NCBI GenBank assembly: GCA_041169045.1
Contig: JBEEJU010000154.1
Span: forward strand, 1-51,274
Reading direction: 5' to 3'
Length of the DNA: 51,274 nt
DNA from: Pseudomonadota bacterium
GTDB taxonomy: Bacteria; Pseudomonadota; Gammaproteobacteria; Methylococcales; Methylomonadaceae
Below, piece by piece: positions 27,708 to 38,795 of the stretch (positions within the stretch are counted from its first letter, which is position 1; every line of letters begins with the position of its first letter). A program made the translations under genes and the position numbers. The notes under the pieces are model-generated. The model saw nothing but the letters and a program-made list of their open reading frames with translations, ran no database searches and was not told the origin of the DNA.

Positions 27708-28991
27708 TTAAATTTCAGCTAATTGTTGAAAAGCTATTTTTGCCGCAGCTAAAGTTTGTTGTAAATCTTCATCACTATGAGCTGCCGATAAAAATCCGGC
27801 TTCAAAAGCAGAAGGAGCTAAATAAATACCTTGATTTAGCATCAAATGAAAAAAGCGTTTAAATAAAATTTGATTCGATTGCATAACTTGATCATAACGT
27901 CGAATAGATTGAATCGGATTAAAAAATAAACCAAACATCGCGCCAATATAATTAACACTAAAATCAATATTAAATTGTTGCGCAATTTGTTGTAAACCTA
28001 AAACCAATTGTTCGGTTTTATTCGCTAATTCACTATAAAAATGGTCGCGGGCAATTAATTCTAAGGTTTTTAAACCCGCCGCCATCGCCACTGGATTACC
28101 TGATAAAGTACCTGCTTGATACACCGATCCCAAAGGCGCGATGTGTTGCATAATTTCTCGTTTGCCGCCGAAAGCTCCTACCGGCATTCCACCGCCAATA
28201 ATTTTGCCTAAAGTGGTTAAATCAGGCTGAATTTGATACACACTTTGCGCGCCGCCTAAAGCAACGCGAAAACCAGTCATTACCTCGTCAAAAATCAATA
28301 CGCTATGATAGTCATCGCACAATTGCCGCAAAGTCGGTAAAAAGTCGGCTTCGGGTAATACACAATTCATATTTCCTGCGACTGGTTCAACAATCACTGC
28401 GGCAATTTGTTCACCGTATTCAGCAAAAGCCTGTTTAATCGCTTCGGAGTCATTGTAAGCTAAGGTTAAAGTTTGAGCAGCTAAAGCTTTAGGAACTCCA
28501 GGAGAACTGGGAATGCCTAAAGTGAGTGCGCCAGAACCGGCTTTGACCAATAAGGAATCTGAATGTCCGTGATAACACCCTTCAAATTTGATGATTAATT
28601 CGCGTCCAGTATAACCACGCGCCAAGCGAATCGCACTCATAGTCGCTTCAGTTCCAGAGCTGACCATTCTGACTAATTCAATTGACGGCATTAACTCGCA
28701 AACTTTAGTGGCTAATTTGGTTTCTAAAATCGTTGGCGCACCAAAACTTAAGCCTTTTTCAGCGGTACGTTTCACCGCTTCAATCACTTCAGGATGCGCA
28801 TGTCCTAAAATCATCGGTCCCCAAGAACCGACATAATCGATATAGCGTCGTCCTTGTGTATCGAATAAATACGCGCCTTGCGCACGATCGATGTATATTG
28901 GACTGCCACCTACGCCATTAAAAGCGCGAACTGGCGAATTGACCCCGCCGGGAATAACCGCTTGTGCTGCGGAAAATAATTCAATAGACAT
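27708..28991 (-). CDS. hemL: Glutamate-1-semialdehyde 2,1-aminomutase
   Basis: [24 protein letters not shown]... is the canonical HemL N-terminus, and the PLP lysine context is TLGKIIGGG. The start is set at ATG 28989-28991. The 53-codon upstream extension in the ORF track looks spurious. Confidence 0.9.
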   Translation of the reverse strand: MSIELFSAAQAVIPGGVNSPVRAFNGVGGSPIYIDRAQGAYLFDTQGRRYIDYVGSWGPMILGHAHPEVIEAVKRTAEKGLSFGAPTILETKLATKVCELMPSIELVRMVSSGTEATMSAIRLARGYTGRELIIKFEGCYHGHSDSLLVKAGSGALTLGIPSSPGVPKALAAQTLTLAYNDSEAIKQAFAEYGEQIAAVIVEPVAGNMNCVLPEADFLPTLRQLCDDYHSVLIFDEVMTGFRVALGGAQSVYQIQPDLTTLGKIIGGGMPVGAFGGKREIMQHIAPLGSVYQAGTLSGNPVAMAAGLKTLELIARDHFYSELANKTEQLVLGLQQIAQQFNIDFSVNYIGAMFGLFFNPIQSIRRYDQVMQSNQILFKRFFHLMLNQGIYLAPSAFEAGFLSAAHSDEDLQQTLAAAKIAFQQLAEI

Positions 28992-29137
28992 TCTAAAAGG
29001 GACTCCAATGATTGAAAACAAAATCAATAAATCAGCTAGTTTAATCGAAAATTTAGCAAATAATCCGTCATAGTGACACTGTGAGGCTGAAAATGGTAAA
29101 GTGATAGTTACGCTTAATGTTATCAATTTAAAAAAAT

Positions 29138-29545
29138 ATGCACTCACCAACTATAGCAAAAATCGCTTGGACATTAGTTTTAGGAAGTTTATTGGGGCTA
29201 AATGGCTGTTCAGATGAAAAATCCAATTTTGATCCTATGGACAAATCACAAATCGTCGCTGTTACCGATATGGATAAGCAAAAATTTGAACATCAATTTG
29301 CTGATCAATGTGTGGATCGTGAAATTAAAAATGCCGCTGATCCAAACACTTTAAATAAACCTGAATTAGAAAATACTTGTTTATGTATTTCCAAATATAT
29401 GATGAAAGATTTAACGACTCCCGAAGCCGAAAAGTTTTTAGATGAACATGAAAATACGGAATCGTTAAGAATTCGTTTTGATGCCGCGGCTTATCATTGT
29501 TTACAAGAAAAAGCCCCACCTCATTCTTCATCAGTTACCCAATAA
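29138..29545 (+). CDS. Hypothetical lipoprotein
   Basis: Lipobox LLGLNGC after a signal peptide. 135 aa with four further Cys residues. No family recognised. Confidence 0.45.
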   Translation: MHSPTIAKIAWTLVLGSLLGLNGCSDEKSNFDPMDKSQIVAVTDMDKQKFEHQFADQCVDREIKNAADPNTLNKPELENTCLCISKYMMKDLTTPEAEKFLDEHENTESLRIRFDAAAYHCLQEKAPPHSSSVTQ

Positions 29546-29580
29546 GATTTGATTATTTAAATCATCAAATGAGCTAATCT

Positions 29581-30033
29581 TTAAACTGACATCATCACTA
29601 ATTGTCGGCGAATAGCAACGAATAAATTAACCAAAATTTCATGATCTACCGCCGATAATTGTTGCTGAATAAAATGGGTAATAGATTCTACGCCTTGGGC
29701 GACCATTGGTGATTCAATAGATTCGTATTGTTGGAAATAATATCGATCTAATAAAGTTTCAATAATCTTAATTGATTCTTCGGTAGAAAAATTGTGTAAT
29801 TGTTGCAAAATCGAATGTAAATATAAATTCAGTGCGTGATTTTGTGAAATCATTTGTTCTGAAAAAAAAGGCAATTGATCATAACGACGACGTGGCGGTT
29901 GATAAAATTCACAAGATTGACACAAATCCGCTTGTCGGGTATTTCCACAACATAAACTACAAATCAATCGTTGATCATTAATTAAACAGAATCGTTTTCC
30001 TTTACGCGTTTGACAGACTGGACATTTACTCAT
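29581..30033 (-). CDS. Hypothetical Cys-rich (zinc-ribbon-like) protein
   Basis: The N-terminal 45 aa carry CPVC-x8-C-x10-CSLCC-x9-CQSC. The remainder is predicted helical. No family recognised. Confidence 0.4.
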   Translation of the reverse strand: MSKCPVCQTRKGKRFCLINDQRLICSLCCGNTRQADLCQSCEFYQPPRRRYDQLPFFSEQMISQNHALNLYLHSILQQLHNFSTEESIKIIETLLDRYYFQQYESIESPMVAQGVESITHFIQQQLSAVDHEILVNLFVAIRRQLVMMSV

Positions 30034-30156
30034 AAAAACTCCTTTAATTTAAAATCTTATTTTTTCATACTCGTGTTAATCTTCAACTTAAGAAACTATT
30101 TTAAGCTGAATTTTATTTTATCGCTATTTTTTATTTAAAACCAAAATATTTACATT

Positions 30157-31161
30157 ATGAATTCTACAAAACCTTTTCGCTTTGTTGTATCTTATCCTCA
30201 AACTAATTGGGATTATGCGAAATTTAGATTCAATCGAATTATTCGCGGTAAAGATAAATCCAATGATGTATTTAAAGGCTTACCTGGCGGTAAAATTCAA
30301 TGGTTTGAACATCGTGGTGGTTTAGGAAATATTCATTCTTTAGGCGAAAAAGCTTTTATCAAACCTTTTGGAATGCATTATGTTGCTGGCGAAGGATTGT
30401 ATTTTATTCACGGTTTGCCTTGTAGTGAAGAAGGAATTGCCGGTGATGAACATATTGCTCGATTAAATGATCAAGGACAAATTGATTTAGAAATTCGCAG
30501 TCCATTATTAACTCAAGTACGATCTTTACGTCGAACCGCTAACGGTATTTTAGTCACCGCCAGTGGCGTTGATGCGTTATTAGAATTTAATTTACAAGGC
30601 GAATTAATTTGGTCATGGTGGGCAACGGAACACGGTTATGATCAGGCATATGGCGGCGGAAAACGGCTGATTGATAAAACCCTTGATCATCGATTATGCA
30701 ATTATCCCGGGCGTTTACAAACCACGCATTTAAATTCGGCAATTATCGATCCTTATCATCCAGATTATATTTTAACCATTTTATTTTATCAGGGAAAAAT
30801 AGCCCGTATTCATAAATCGACTTTAGCTACGGATATTGTGTTAACTGGCTTAAATGGGGCGCATCATTTACGCCCGCATTCTCGCGGTTATTTATTATCG
30901 AATTCAAGAAATGGCGAATTTTGGATTTTGGATCAGCAATTCAAAATATTGGCAAAGAATTCAGCCACTATAGCTTATTTTCCAGTGAAATGGGTACAAG
31001 ATTGTTTAGAAACACCTTGGAATACGCATTTGGTAGCAGATTGTAATACTTTTCGTTTACGCGAATATGATTTTCAAGGACAACAACAATCGATTTCGAC
31101 TCAAATGCCGAATCGAATTTTTCAAATTGAGCCGGTTTCTACCGCATTTCAATTAATTTAA
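30157..31161 (+). CDS. Hypothetical protein, possibly beta-propeller (arylsulfotransferase-like fold)
   Basis: 334 aa. A segment such as RTANGILVTASGVDALLEFNLQGELIWSWW resembles repeats in ASST or PQQ-like propellers. The assignment is weak. Confidence 0.35.
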   Translation: MNSTKPFRFVVSYPQTNWDYAKFRFNRIIRGKDKSNDVFKGLPGGKIQWFEHRGGLGNIHSLGEKAFIKPFGMHYVAGEGLYFIHGLPCSEEGIAGDEHIARLNDQGQIDLEIRSPLLTQVRSLRRTANGILVTASGVDALLEFNLQGELIWSWWATEHGYDQAYGGGKRLIDKTLDHRLCNYPGRLQTTHLNSAIIDPYHPDYILTILFYQGKIARIHKSTLATDIVLTGLNGAHHLRPHSRGYLLSNSRNGEFWILDQQFKILAKNSATIAYFPVKWVQDCLETPWNTHLVADCNTFRLREYDFQGQQQSISTQMPNRIFQIEPVSTAFQLI

Positions 31162-31277
31162 TTTTGCTTTATAAGTTGTGTTTTTCATTTATTATTCCCA
31201 TAGCAATTTTATTTATCAAAAAATTTTCTGAAGCGAAAATACTATACCCTTGTAAACATTAAAATTAGCCATGCTAT

Positions 31278-34200
31278 ATGCCCAATTATTTTGACAGCAT
31301 TAATACACCATTACAGTCAGGTTCAACTTTAATTGAAGCCAGTGCAGGTACGGGAAAAACTTATACCATTACTCTGTTAGTTTTGCGTTTTATTGTTGAA
31401 CAAAATATACCGATTCAGCATATTTTGGTGGTCACTTTTACTAATGCCGCGACTGAAGAATTGCGCGATAGAATTCGTCAAAGATTATTAATTGCGATTC
31501 GACAACTGACAGATTTAACCTCGATTATTGATTCAGATATTTATCACTGGTTAAATCGCCAACAGACTACTTTATCTCTTAAAACAATTCATAATAGATT
31601 AAAACTAGCATTACAATCCATCGATCAAACTCTTATTTTTACTATTCATGGATTTTGTCAATCTATTTTACAAAAATACGCGCTAGAAACCGGACAATTA
31701 TTTCAATTAACTTTAATTCCGAATATAGATTTTTTACTTCAACAAAGTGCGGATGATTTTTGGCGAAAAGAAATTACTTCACGTTCACTCTTTGAAGTCA
31801 GTTTATTAACTGTTGATTATCAAAATCCTGATGATTTATTAGCTAGTATTCCGAAAAATAATGGCTGTCAAACGGTATTACCACCAGTACAATCTTTAAC
31901 CCATTTATTTTCATCGATTCAAAATTTAATAGATCAAAGCGCAAGTCAAATTGATGAAGTTTATTTAATTATTAAACAGGCTTTTATTGAAGAAAAATTT
32001 ACCCAAAAATATCAACAACATTTTGAGACAAAATTTGATTTATTCAAAGCATGGCTGACTCGACAAACTGCAATATTGCCCGATCAAAATAGTTTAGAAT
32101 TATTCACTCAAGCCGGATTAATTCAGGGATTAAATGGTCATAAATTCCGCAGTAATAAACAAATGACTGGTGAACAACGTAAATTAGCTTACTTAGCTGA
32201 ATTATCTCTGCCTTATTTATTGTTTACCGAATTAGTCAATACGATTAAACAATTAACGGTATGTGTTCGACGTTTGTTAATTGATTATTTACAACAGGAT
32301 ATCAATAAACAATTACACCATTTAGCGGCAATTTCTTTTGATCAATTGATTCAACGAGTCGCAGAAGTATTTGCTGATGATCGGAGTCATTTATTGCTTA
32401 GTCATTTACAAAATGAATGTAAAGTGGGTTTAATTGATGAATTTCAGGATACCGATCAATTACAATGGCAAATTTTTGCTCAATTATTTTCTAAGCAAGA
32501 GCAGTTTTTATATTTAATTGGTGATCCTAAACAAGCGATTTATAAATTTCGCGGTGCAGATATTTATACTTATTTTGCCGCGCAACAACAAATAAATTAT
32601 CAATACACTTTGGCAAAAAATTGGCGATCACATCCCTATTTAGTCGAAGCCATTAATCAATTATTTCACCATCCACACTCTTTTTTATTAAATTCATTAT
32701 CATTTCAAGCGGTTCATGCTGCGCGTTTAATTGATGATCATTATTTCAAAAATGCACAACGTCAATTACCGCCATTGATGTTATGGCAATTAATCGAAAG
32801 TGATGAAGAATCAGGCTATTGGCATTCGCAAAAAGCGGCACAAATCATTCAAACCGCAGTGATTAATGAAATCATCGCTTTATTAAATCAATATTCATTT
32901 ATTTCCTCGCAAAAAACACAAAAGATTCAAGTTAATCAAATTGCTATTTTAGTTCGTACTAATCAACAAGCCGAAAATTATCAACAAGCTTTAATTGCCG
33001 CTGGAATTCCCGCAATTTTGCATTATACCGCTTCAGTTTATCAATCGCCTGAAGCTAAATCATTATGTTATTTATTACAAGCTTTATTAGAGCCGCATAA
33101 AATGGCATTAATTAAACAGGCGGTCATTCATTTTTGGTTTGGCATTGATGGTCAAAAACTTTATCAACTCAATCAACAAGATTATGAATGGGAACAATTC
33201 AGTGCGCGTTTTCAAATTTATCAGCATATTTGGGTAGAACAAGGATTATTAGCGATGATGCAACAATTATTGCATCATGAAGCTATTATTAAGCATTTAT
33301 CTATATTGCCGTTTGCGGAACGAAAATTAACCAATTTATTTCATTTATTGGAATTATTACAACAAGCCGCTCAACAACAGCAATTCAATCCGCAGAATAC
33401 TTTTATTTATTTACAAAAAGCGATTCATTTCGCTCAACAAGCTATCGATGATAATCAACAATTACGATTAGAAACGGAGGCTGATGCTGTCACTATTATT
33501 ACGGCGCATCGAGCTAAAGGATTAGAATATGATATTGTTTTTTGTCCGTTATTATGGTATGAAAATCAATATAAATCAACAACTTCAGTAAGTTGTCAAA
33601 TCAACCAACAATTAATTACAGATATAGGTTCTAAAGATTTTAATATTCACCAACAATTCGCTAAAGATGAACAACTCGCTGAGGAAATGCGTTTATTATA
33701 TGTCGCTGTCACTCGGGCAAAATATCGTTGTTACATCGCATGGGCAAATGTACGCAGCAAAAATATTGCCAATCAATCCGCATTAAGTCATTTATTTAGA
33801 TTTAGCGATAAAAGTTTTATTGAACAACAACGTCAATTACAGCAATTAACAACAGAATTTCCTTTATCTTTTGATTATCAATTAATTACCGATCAATTAC
33901 CCGAATATTATCTAAATACGCCATCAGATTTAGCTAAATCTTTACAGCCAAGAAAAAAACCGTATTATCCTCAATCGGATTGGCAAATCAGTAGTTATAC
34001 GGGATTAGCGATGCGCTCAATAACGCTAACTAGCCCTTTATTAGCAGAACATCATGATGAAATTTATCACGAAAAATTAATTAATGAAAATGAATCTGCT
34101 TTACCTAAAGGCGCATCAATGGGGAATTTAATTCATTATTTATTAGAGGTCAAACATTTTGATCAATTAGCGGTGATGAATTCTGAATCCACACTTTATT

Positions 34201-34793
34201 ATCAACAAGCGGGATTACGTTTTGGTTTAACGCTTGAATCTCCAGAAGCATTGTCGTTATTATTACAAAATATTGTTTCAACTTCATTAGCGATTGACGA
34301 TGCAGAATTTTGTTTAAAAAATATTCGTTCTACCAAATGTTTAAAAGAAATGCCTTTCTATTTAGCTCTTTCTCCATTCCGACTTCAACAAATTAATCAT
34401 ATTTTGCAAAATTGTGAAACTTTTCAACCTTTAACTGATCAAGCTTTATCCGGATATTTAACTGGATTTATCGATTTAATTTGTGAATATCAAGGCAGAT
34501 ATTATTTAATTGATTATAAAAGTAATTCATTACCTAATTATCAATTATCTGATTTAACAATCGCAATGCGTGAACATAATTATGGTTTACAATATTGGAT
34601 ATATAGCGTCGTATTACATCAATATTTACAACAACAATTAAATAATTACGATTATCAAAGACACTTTGGTGGCGTATTTTATTTATTTGTCAGGGGAATG
34701 AATCCGCTGATTCCTTTAAGTGGTGTGTATGCGATAAGACCTGATTGGCAAACGCTCCAAGCATTGATTCAATTAAGTAAAAAAGCGAATTAA
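31278..34793 (+). CDS. recB: Exodeoxyribonuclease V beta subunit (RecB helicase-nuclease)
   Basis: 1171 aa, colinear with E. coli RecB from memory. Matches include LIEASAGTGKTYTI, FTIHGFCQ, IDEFQDTD, IGDPKQAIYKFRGADI, NWRS, TAHRAKGLEY and LLYVAVTRAK. The nuclease motif GFIDLI..YQGRYYLIDYKSN and the C-terminal HFGGVFYLFVRG are also present. Confidence 0.85.
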   Translation: MPNYFDSINTPLQSGSTLIEASAGTGKTYTITLLVLRFIVEQNIPIQHILVVTFTNAATEELRDRIRQRLLIAIRQLTDLTSIIDSDIYHWLNRQQTTLSLKTIHNRLKLALQSIDQTLIFTIHGFCQSILQKYALETGQLFQLTLIPNIDFLLQQSADDFWRKEITSRSLFEVSLLTVDYQNPDDLLASIPKNNGCQTVLPPVQSLTHLFSSIQNLIDQSASQIDEVYLIIKQAFIEEKFTQKYQQHFETKFDLFKAWLTRQTAILPDQNSLELFTQAGLIQGLNGHKFRSNKQMTGEQRKLAYLAELSLPYLLFTELVNTIKQLTVCVRRLLIDYLQQDINKQLHHLAAISFDQLIQRVAEVFADDRSHLLLSHLQNECKVGLIDEFQDTDQLQWQIFAQLFSKQEQFLYLIGDPKQAIYKFRGADIYTYFAAQQQINYQYTLAKNWRSHPYLVEAINQLFHHPHSFLLNSLSFQAVHAARLIDDHYFKNAQRQLPPLMLWQLIESDEESGYWHSQKAAQIIQTAVINEIIALLNQYSFISSQKTQKIQVNQIAILVRTNQQAENYQQALIAAGIPAILHYTASVYQSPEAKSLCYLLQALLEPHKMALIKQAVIHFWFGIDGQKLYQLNQQDYEWEQFSARFQIYQHIWVEQGLLAMMQQLLHHEAIIKHLSILPFAERKLTNLFHLLELLQQAAQQQQFNPQNTFIYLQKAIHFAQQAIDDNQQLRLETEADAVTIITAHRAKGLEYDIVFCPLLWYENQYKSTTSVSCQINQQLITDIGSKDFNIHQQFAKDEQLAEEMRLLYVAVTRAKYRCYIAWANVRSKNIANQSALSHLFRFSDKSFIEQQRQLQQLTTEFPLSFDYQLITDQLPEYYLNTPSDLAKSLQPRKKPYYPQSDWQISSYTGLAMRSITLTSPLLAEHHDEIYHEKLINENESALPKGASMGNLIHYLLEVKHFDQLAVMNSESTLYYQQAGLRFGLTLESPEALSLLLQNIVSTSLAIDDAEFCLKNIRSTKCLKEMPFYLALSPFRLQQINHILQNCETFQPLTDQALSGYLTGFIDLICEYQGRYYLIDYKSNSLPNYQLSDLTIAMREHNYGLQYWIYSVVLHQYLQQQLNNYDYQRHFGGVFYLFVRGMNPLIPLSGVYAIRPDWQTLQALIQLSKKAN

Positions 34794-34796
34794 ATT

Positions 34797-36143
34797 ATGA
34801 AATTAGATGCTTTAAGTTTTCGTTTATTATTATCCGCAGGATTGGTATTAGCTGCTTTTTTTGTGTTAGCTTTATGGGTATTAGAACGCGGTTTTCGTGA
34901 AAGTGCTGAACACAGTTTAAAAGAAAAATTACAAATTCAGATTCGCTCTTTATTATCGGTGGCTGAAATTTCCCCTAAAGGACATTTAAAAATGCCTTTC
35001 ACTTTAGAAGAGACCAGATTTTCGACTTTAAGCTCAGGATTATTTGCCGTTATTCGTAAAAAAAATCAAAAAATTGTTTGGCGTTCTTATTCAAGTTTAG
35101 GTACTCCAGAGATTGAATTTATTGAAACGGATCCTGGGCAATCTATATTCGTCGTCGATTCTTATCAACGTTTTGTTTTGCATTATGCGGTTATTTGGGA
35201 AAATCCCAAAAATAATTCCGCTGATAAATATATTATCTCGGTCGCTGAAGAAAGCACTTTAGTTCATGATCACGTAGTTCGATTTCGTGAAACATTACGC
35301 ATTTGGTTTTTTTCAGTAGGAATTGTTTTAATCATGATTCAATTCGTTGTTTTACGCTGGAGTTTAATTCCATTACGCTGTATTGTTAAAGATTTAGCGG
35401 CAATTGAAGCGGGTAAAAAAAGCCATTTAGATGGTCGTTATCCAGCAGAATTATTAGGTTTAACTCAAAATTTAAATGCGTTAATTCATAGTGAACGCGC
35501 TCATTTAGAACGTTATCGCAATACCTTAGCCGATTTATCTCACAGTTTAAAAACACCTTTAGCCATTTTACGCGGTTGTATGGAACATGACATTATTCCT
35601 AGACAAATTGTGCAAGATCAAATTTCACATATGAATGAAATTATTGAATATCAATTACAAAAAGCGGCGGCTAAAGGGCAAAAAAAATTAACGGCTAAAA
35701 CTCATCCAGCGACGGTGATTAAAAAAATTGTGAATTCATTAGAAAAAGTTTATCAAGATAAAAAAATTCAATTTATTTTAGAATTGGATCATTCATTACA
35801 ATTCAAGGGCGAAGAAGGCGATTTATATGAAATTGCCGGTAATTTATTAGATAATGCCGCTAAATGGTGTCATCAAAAAGTTCAAATTAAATTGTATAAA
35901 CAAATCGTTTCTAAATCGGCGATGTTTATTATTTTACAAATTGAAGATGATGGTCAAGGAATTGCTTTAGAAAAACTCAGTGAAATTTTAAAACGCGGAG
36001 TTAGAGCCGACGAAACTATCCAAGGTCACGGAATTGGTATGGCAGTGGTTAAAGAATTGGTTGAATTATTAAATGGTGAATTAAAAGGTGAATCAAGTGA
36101 ATCCTTAGGCGGAATGAAATGGATCATTAAATTTCAATATTAA
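34797..36143 (+). CDS. Sensor histidine kinase, PhoQ-like
   Basis: Two TM segments flank a periplasmic domain. H-box DLSHSLKTPLAIL, N-box NLLDNAAKWC, G1 IEDDGQGI and G2 GHGIGMAVV are present. Starts 3 nt after the recB stop. No response regulator gene is adjacent. Confidence 0.8.
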   Translation: MKLDALSFRLLLSAGLVLAAFFVLALWVLERGFRESAEHSLKEKLQIQIRSLLSVAEISPKGHLKMPFTLEETRFSTLSSGLFAVIRKKNQKIVWRSYSSLGTPEIEFIETDPGQSIFVVDSYQRFVLHYAVIWENPKNNSADKYIISVAEESTLVHDHVVRFRETLRIWFFSVGIVLIMIQFVVLRWSLIPLRCIVKDLAAIEAGKKSHLDGRYPAELLGLTQNLNALIHSERAHLERYRNTLADLSHSLKTPLAILRGCMEHDIIPRQIVQDQISHMNEIIEYQLQKAAAKGQKKLTAKTHPATVIKKIVNSLEKVYQDKKIQFILELDHSLQFKGEEGDLYEIAGNLLDNAAKWCHQKVQIKLYKQIVSKSAMFIILQIEDDGQGIALEKLSEILKRGVRADETIQGHGIGMAVVKELVELLNGELKGESSESLGGMKWIIKFQY

Positions 36144-36271
36144 ATGTAAGAATGATTTTAATTTATTTAAAACCGCTATAATATTTTCTATTTATTAAAA
36201 ATAAACAACCAATTAAATGATGATTACATTTGTTCGATTAAGCTTATCAAACAAATGCAACCATTTCAATT

Positions 36272-36514
36272 TTACTCAGAAACTTCTGTTGAATCTATTT
36301 TAGTTTCACAAGTATTTTTATGTAAAGCCGAATACATTGGGCACCATCCAACATAACCTTCAGCAACCATCACTAAGCCAACAATTAATAATAAAATCGA
36401 AGCAGTAAAAATAGAAATAAATAACGCGGCTGCACCAATCATCATGCGCATTTTTGCTTCTTTTGTGCCAATATTATGCTCAAATTGAATTAAGCGTTTA
36501 TAATCAAAACTCAT
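36272..36514 (-). CDS. DUF2892 (YgaP-like) small membrane protein
   Basis: 80 aa with two TM helices and the GWCPMY motif typical of DUF2892. Confidence 0.55.
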   Translation of the reverse strand: MSFDYKRLIQFEHNIGTKEAKMRMMIGAAALFISIFTASILLLIVGLVMVAEGYVGWCPMYSALHKNTCETKIDSTEVSE

Positions 36515-36615
36515 AAAAAAACGTCCAATTTTGTCTGTGAAAATAATAGTTTACCATTATAATGCAGAAATAGGTTAAATTCCCCATGCGGTCATAATAA
36601 GGATATAAAATTTAA

Positions 36616-38769
36616 ATGAATGTCAATATGTTATTAGAAAATTTAAATGAACAACAACGTCTTGCGGTCTCTGCACCCGCGCAAGCTCTATTGGTATTAG
36701 CCGGCGCAGGAACTGGAAAAACGCGGGTATTGGTACATCGAATTGCATGGCAAATTCAAGTATTAGGCTGTTCGCCTTATAGCATTTTGGCGGTGACTTT
36801 TACCAATAAAGCCGCTATGGAAATGCGCGGGCGAATTGAATCGTTATTAAAAATGTCATTAAATCATTTTTGGATTGGGACTTTTCATAGTATTGCTTAT
36901 CGATTATTGCGGCGACATGCTGAAGCAGCGAAATTACCAAGCAATTTTCAAGTTATTGATAGCGATGATCAATTACGATTAATTAAACGCATTTTAACCG
37001 ATTTAAAAATTGATGATAAAAAATGGCCCGCTAATAAAGTTCAATATTTTATTAATCAAGAAAAAGAAAATGGACAACGAGCATTAATGATAGAGACCAC
37101 CGATTTTTATCAAAAAAATATGCAAAGGTTTTATTTGGAATATCAACAATATTGTCAACGATCTGGGATTGTGGATTTTTCCGAATTATTATTACGTTCG
37201 TATGAATTATTGCGCGATAATTTAGAATTACGCAATCATTATCGACAGTTATTTCGCCAAGTTCATGTAGATGAATTTCAAGATACTAATACGATTCAAT
37301 ATGCTTGGTTAAAATTATTAACCGAAAATCAAAATAATTTATTTATTGTGGGCGATGATGATCAATCGATTTATAGTTGGCGCGGCGCAAAAGTTGCCAA
37401 TTTAACTTATTTTCAACAAGATTATCCTTTACATCAATTTATTAAATTAGAACAAAATTATCGATCAACTTAAGCGATTTTAACCGTCGCTAATCATTTA
37501 ATTTCACATAATCAACAGCGTTTAGGTAAAACATTACGCACGGATTTAATGCAAGGAGATCAGGTCAATTTATATGCGGCATTTAATGAACAAGATGAAG
37601 CTTATTTCGTAGTAGAAAAAATTAAACAAGCCAAAAATGAAGGAAAAGCATTCAGTGATCATGCGATTTTATATCGAGTTAATGCGCAATCACGTTTATT
37701 TGAAGAACGCTTAATGTTAGAGGGAATTCCTTATCGAGTTTATGGCGGATTTCGTTTTTTTGAACGAGCTGAAATTAAAAATACTGTGGCGTATTTACGA
37801 TTGATTGCTAATCGTCATGATGATGCTTCTTTTGAGCGAGTAGTTAATTTTCCAACACGCGGAATTGGTTTAAAAACATTAGAAATAATTCGTAAATACG
37901 CGCTAAATTCTCAATGTTCTTTATGGCAGGCAGCAGTAGATTTAATTTCGCACTCTCAATTATCTTCTCGATCAATTACGCCGCTTAAACAATTTTTACA
38001 ATTAATTAAAACATTAAGCGATTCTGCTGAAGCTTTAATATTAGCTGATAAAATTAAATTAGTGATAGAAACTAGTGGTTTACAAACTTATTATCAACAA
38101 CAAAGTGATGCTAAAACCGAAAATCGTTTAGAAAATTTAGCCGAATTAATTAATGCCGCCAGTTTATTTAAAGTTTCTATTAATGATCAAGATATTTTAA
38201 CTGAATTAGAATTATTTTTAAATTCGATTGCGTTAGAAACCGGTGAACGTTATCGTGATCAAGAAATCGATTGCGTACAATTAATGACTTTACATTCGGC
38301 TAAAGGTTTGGAATTTGAACAAGTATTTGTAGTCGGTTTAGAAGATAATTTATTTCCTTCTAGTCAATCACTTTATGAACCTAATCGTTTAGAAGAAGAA
38401 CGGCGATTATTTTATGTTGGAATTACTCGTGCGATGCGGCATTTATATTTATCTTATTCCGAATCCAGATGGTGGTATGGGCAAGAAAATAATTCAAAAC
38501 CTTCACGATTTTTATCCGAAATTCCTTTAGATTCGATTAAAGAAGTTCGATTGCGTAGTCATACTCATCAAAAACCCGCATTAAGCGCAATTAAACCGCC
38601 CTCTTCAATTGAAACCGATTACAAAGTTAATCAGAAAGTTCAACATCCTAAATTTGGAGAAGGGATTATTTTGAAAATTGAAGGCGAAGGTATGCAACGA
38701 AAAATTCAAATCCGTTTTGAAGAAACTGGAATAAAATGGCTAATGTTAAGTTATGCTAAATTAACGTAA
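36616..38769 (+). pseudogene. uvrD: DNA helicase II (UvrD) interrupted by one in-frame TAA at 37471-37473
   Basis: ORFs 36616-37473 and 37549-38769 share one frame. The read-through translation ...[31 protein letters not shown]... is colinear with UvrD. Motifs LAGAGTGKT, VDEFQDTN, GDDDQSIYSWRGA, LHSAKGLEF and FYVGITRA are intact. Confidence 0.85.
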
Positions 38770-38795
38770 ATTCAAAATAATTTTAGAATTAAAAT

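Noticed and set aside
28992-29150. 53-codon N-terminal extension of hemL in the ORF track
   Set aside because: The canonical HemL N-terminus [24 protein letters not shown] starts at the internal ATG (28989-28991). The extension would also overlap the divergent lipoprotein gene start.
36227-36257. Hairpin CATTTGTT / AACAAATG between the histidine kinase gene and the DUF2892 gene
   Set aside because: The 8-bp stem is almost entirely A-T, has a 15-nt loop and has no flanking T tract. It is too weak to call a terminator.
36535-36550. LexA-box-like CTGT-N8-TAGT upstream of uvrD
   Set aside because: Only the left half matches CTGT-N8-ACAG. The right half is wrong, so I do not call an SOS box.
37549-38769. 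Treating the uvrD C-terminal half as an independent helicase gene
   Set aside because: UvrD homology continues in frame through 37474-37548, upstream of the first Met, so it is one gene with an internal stop.
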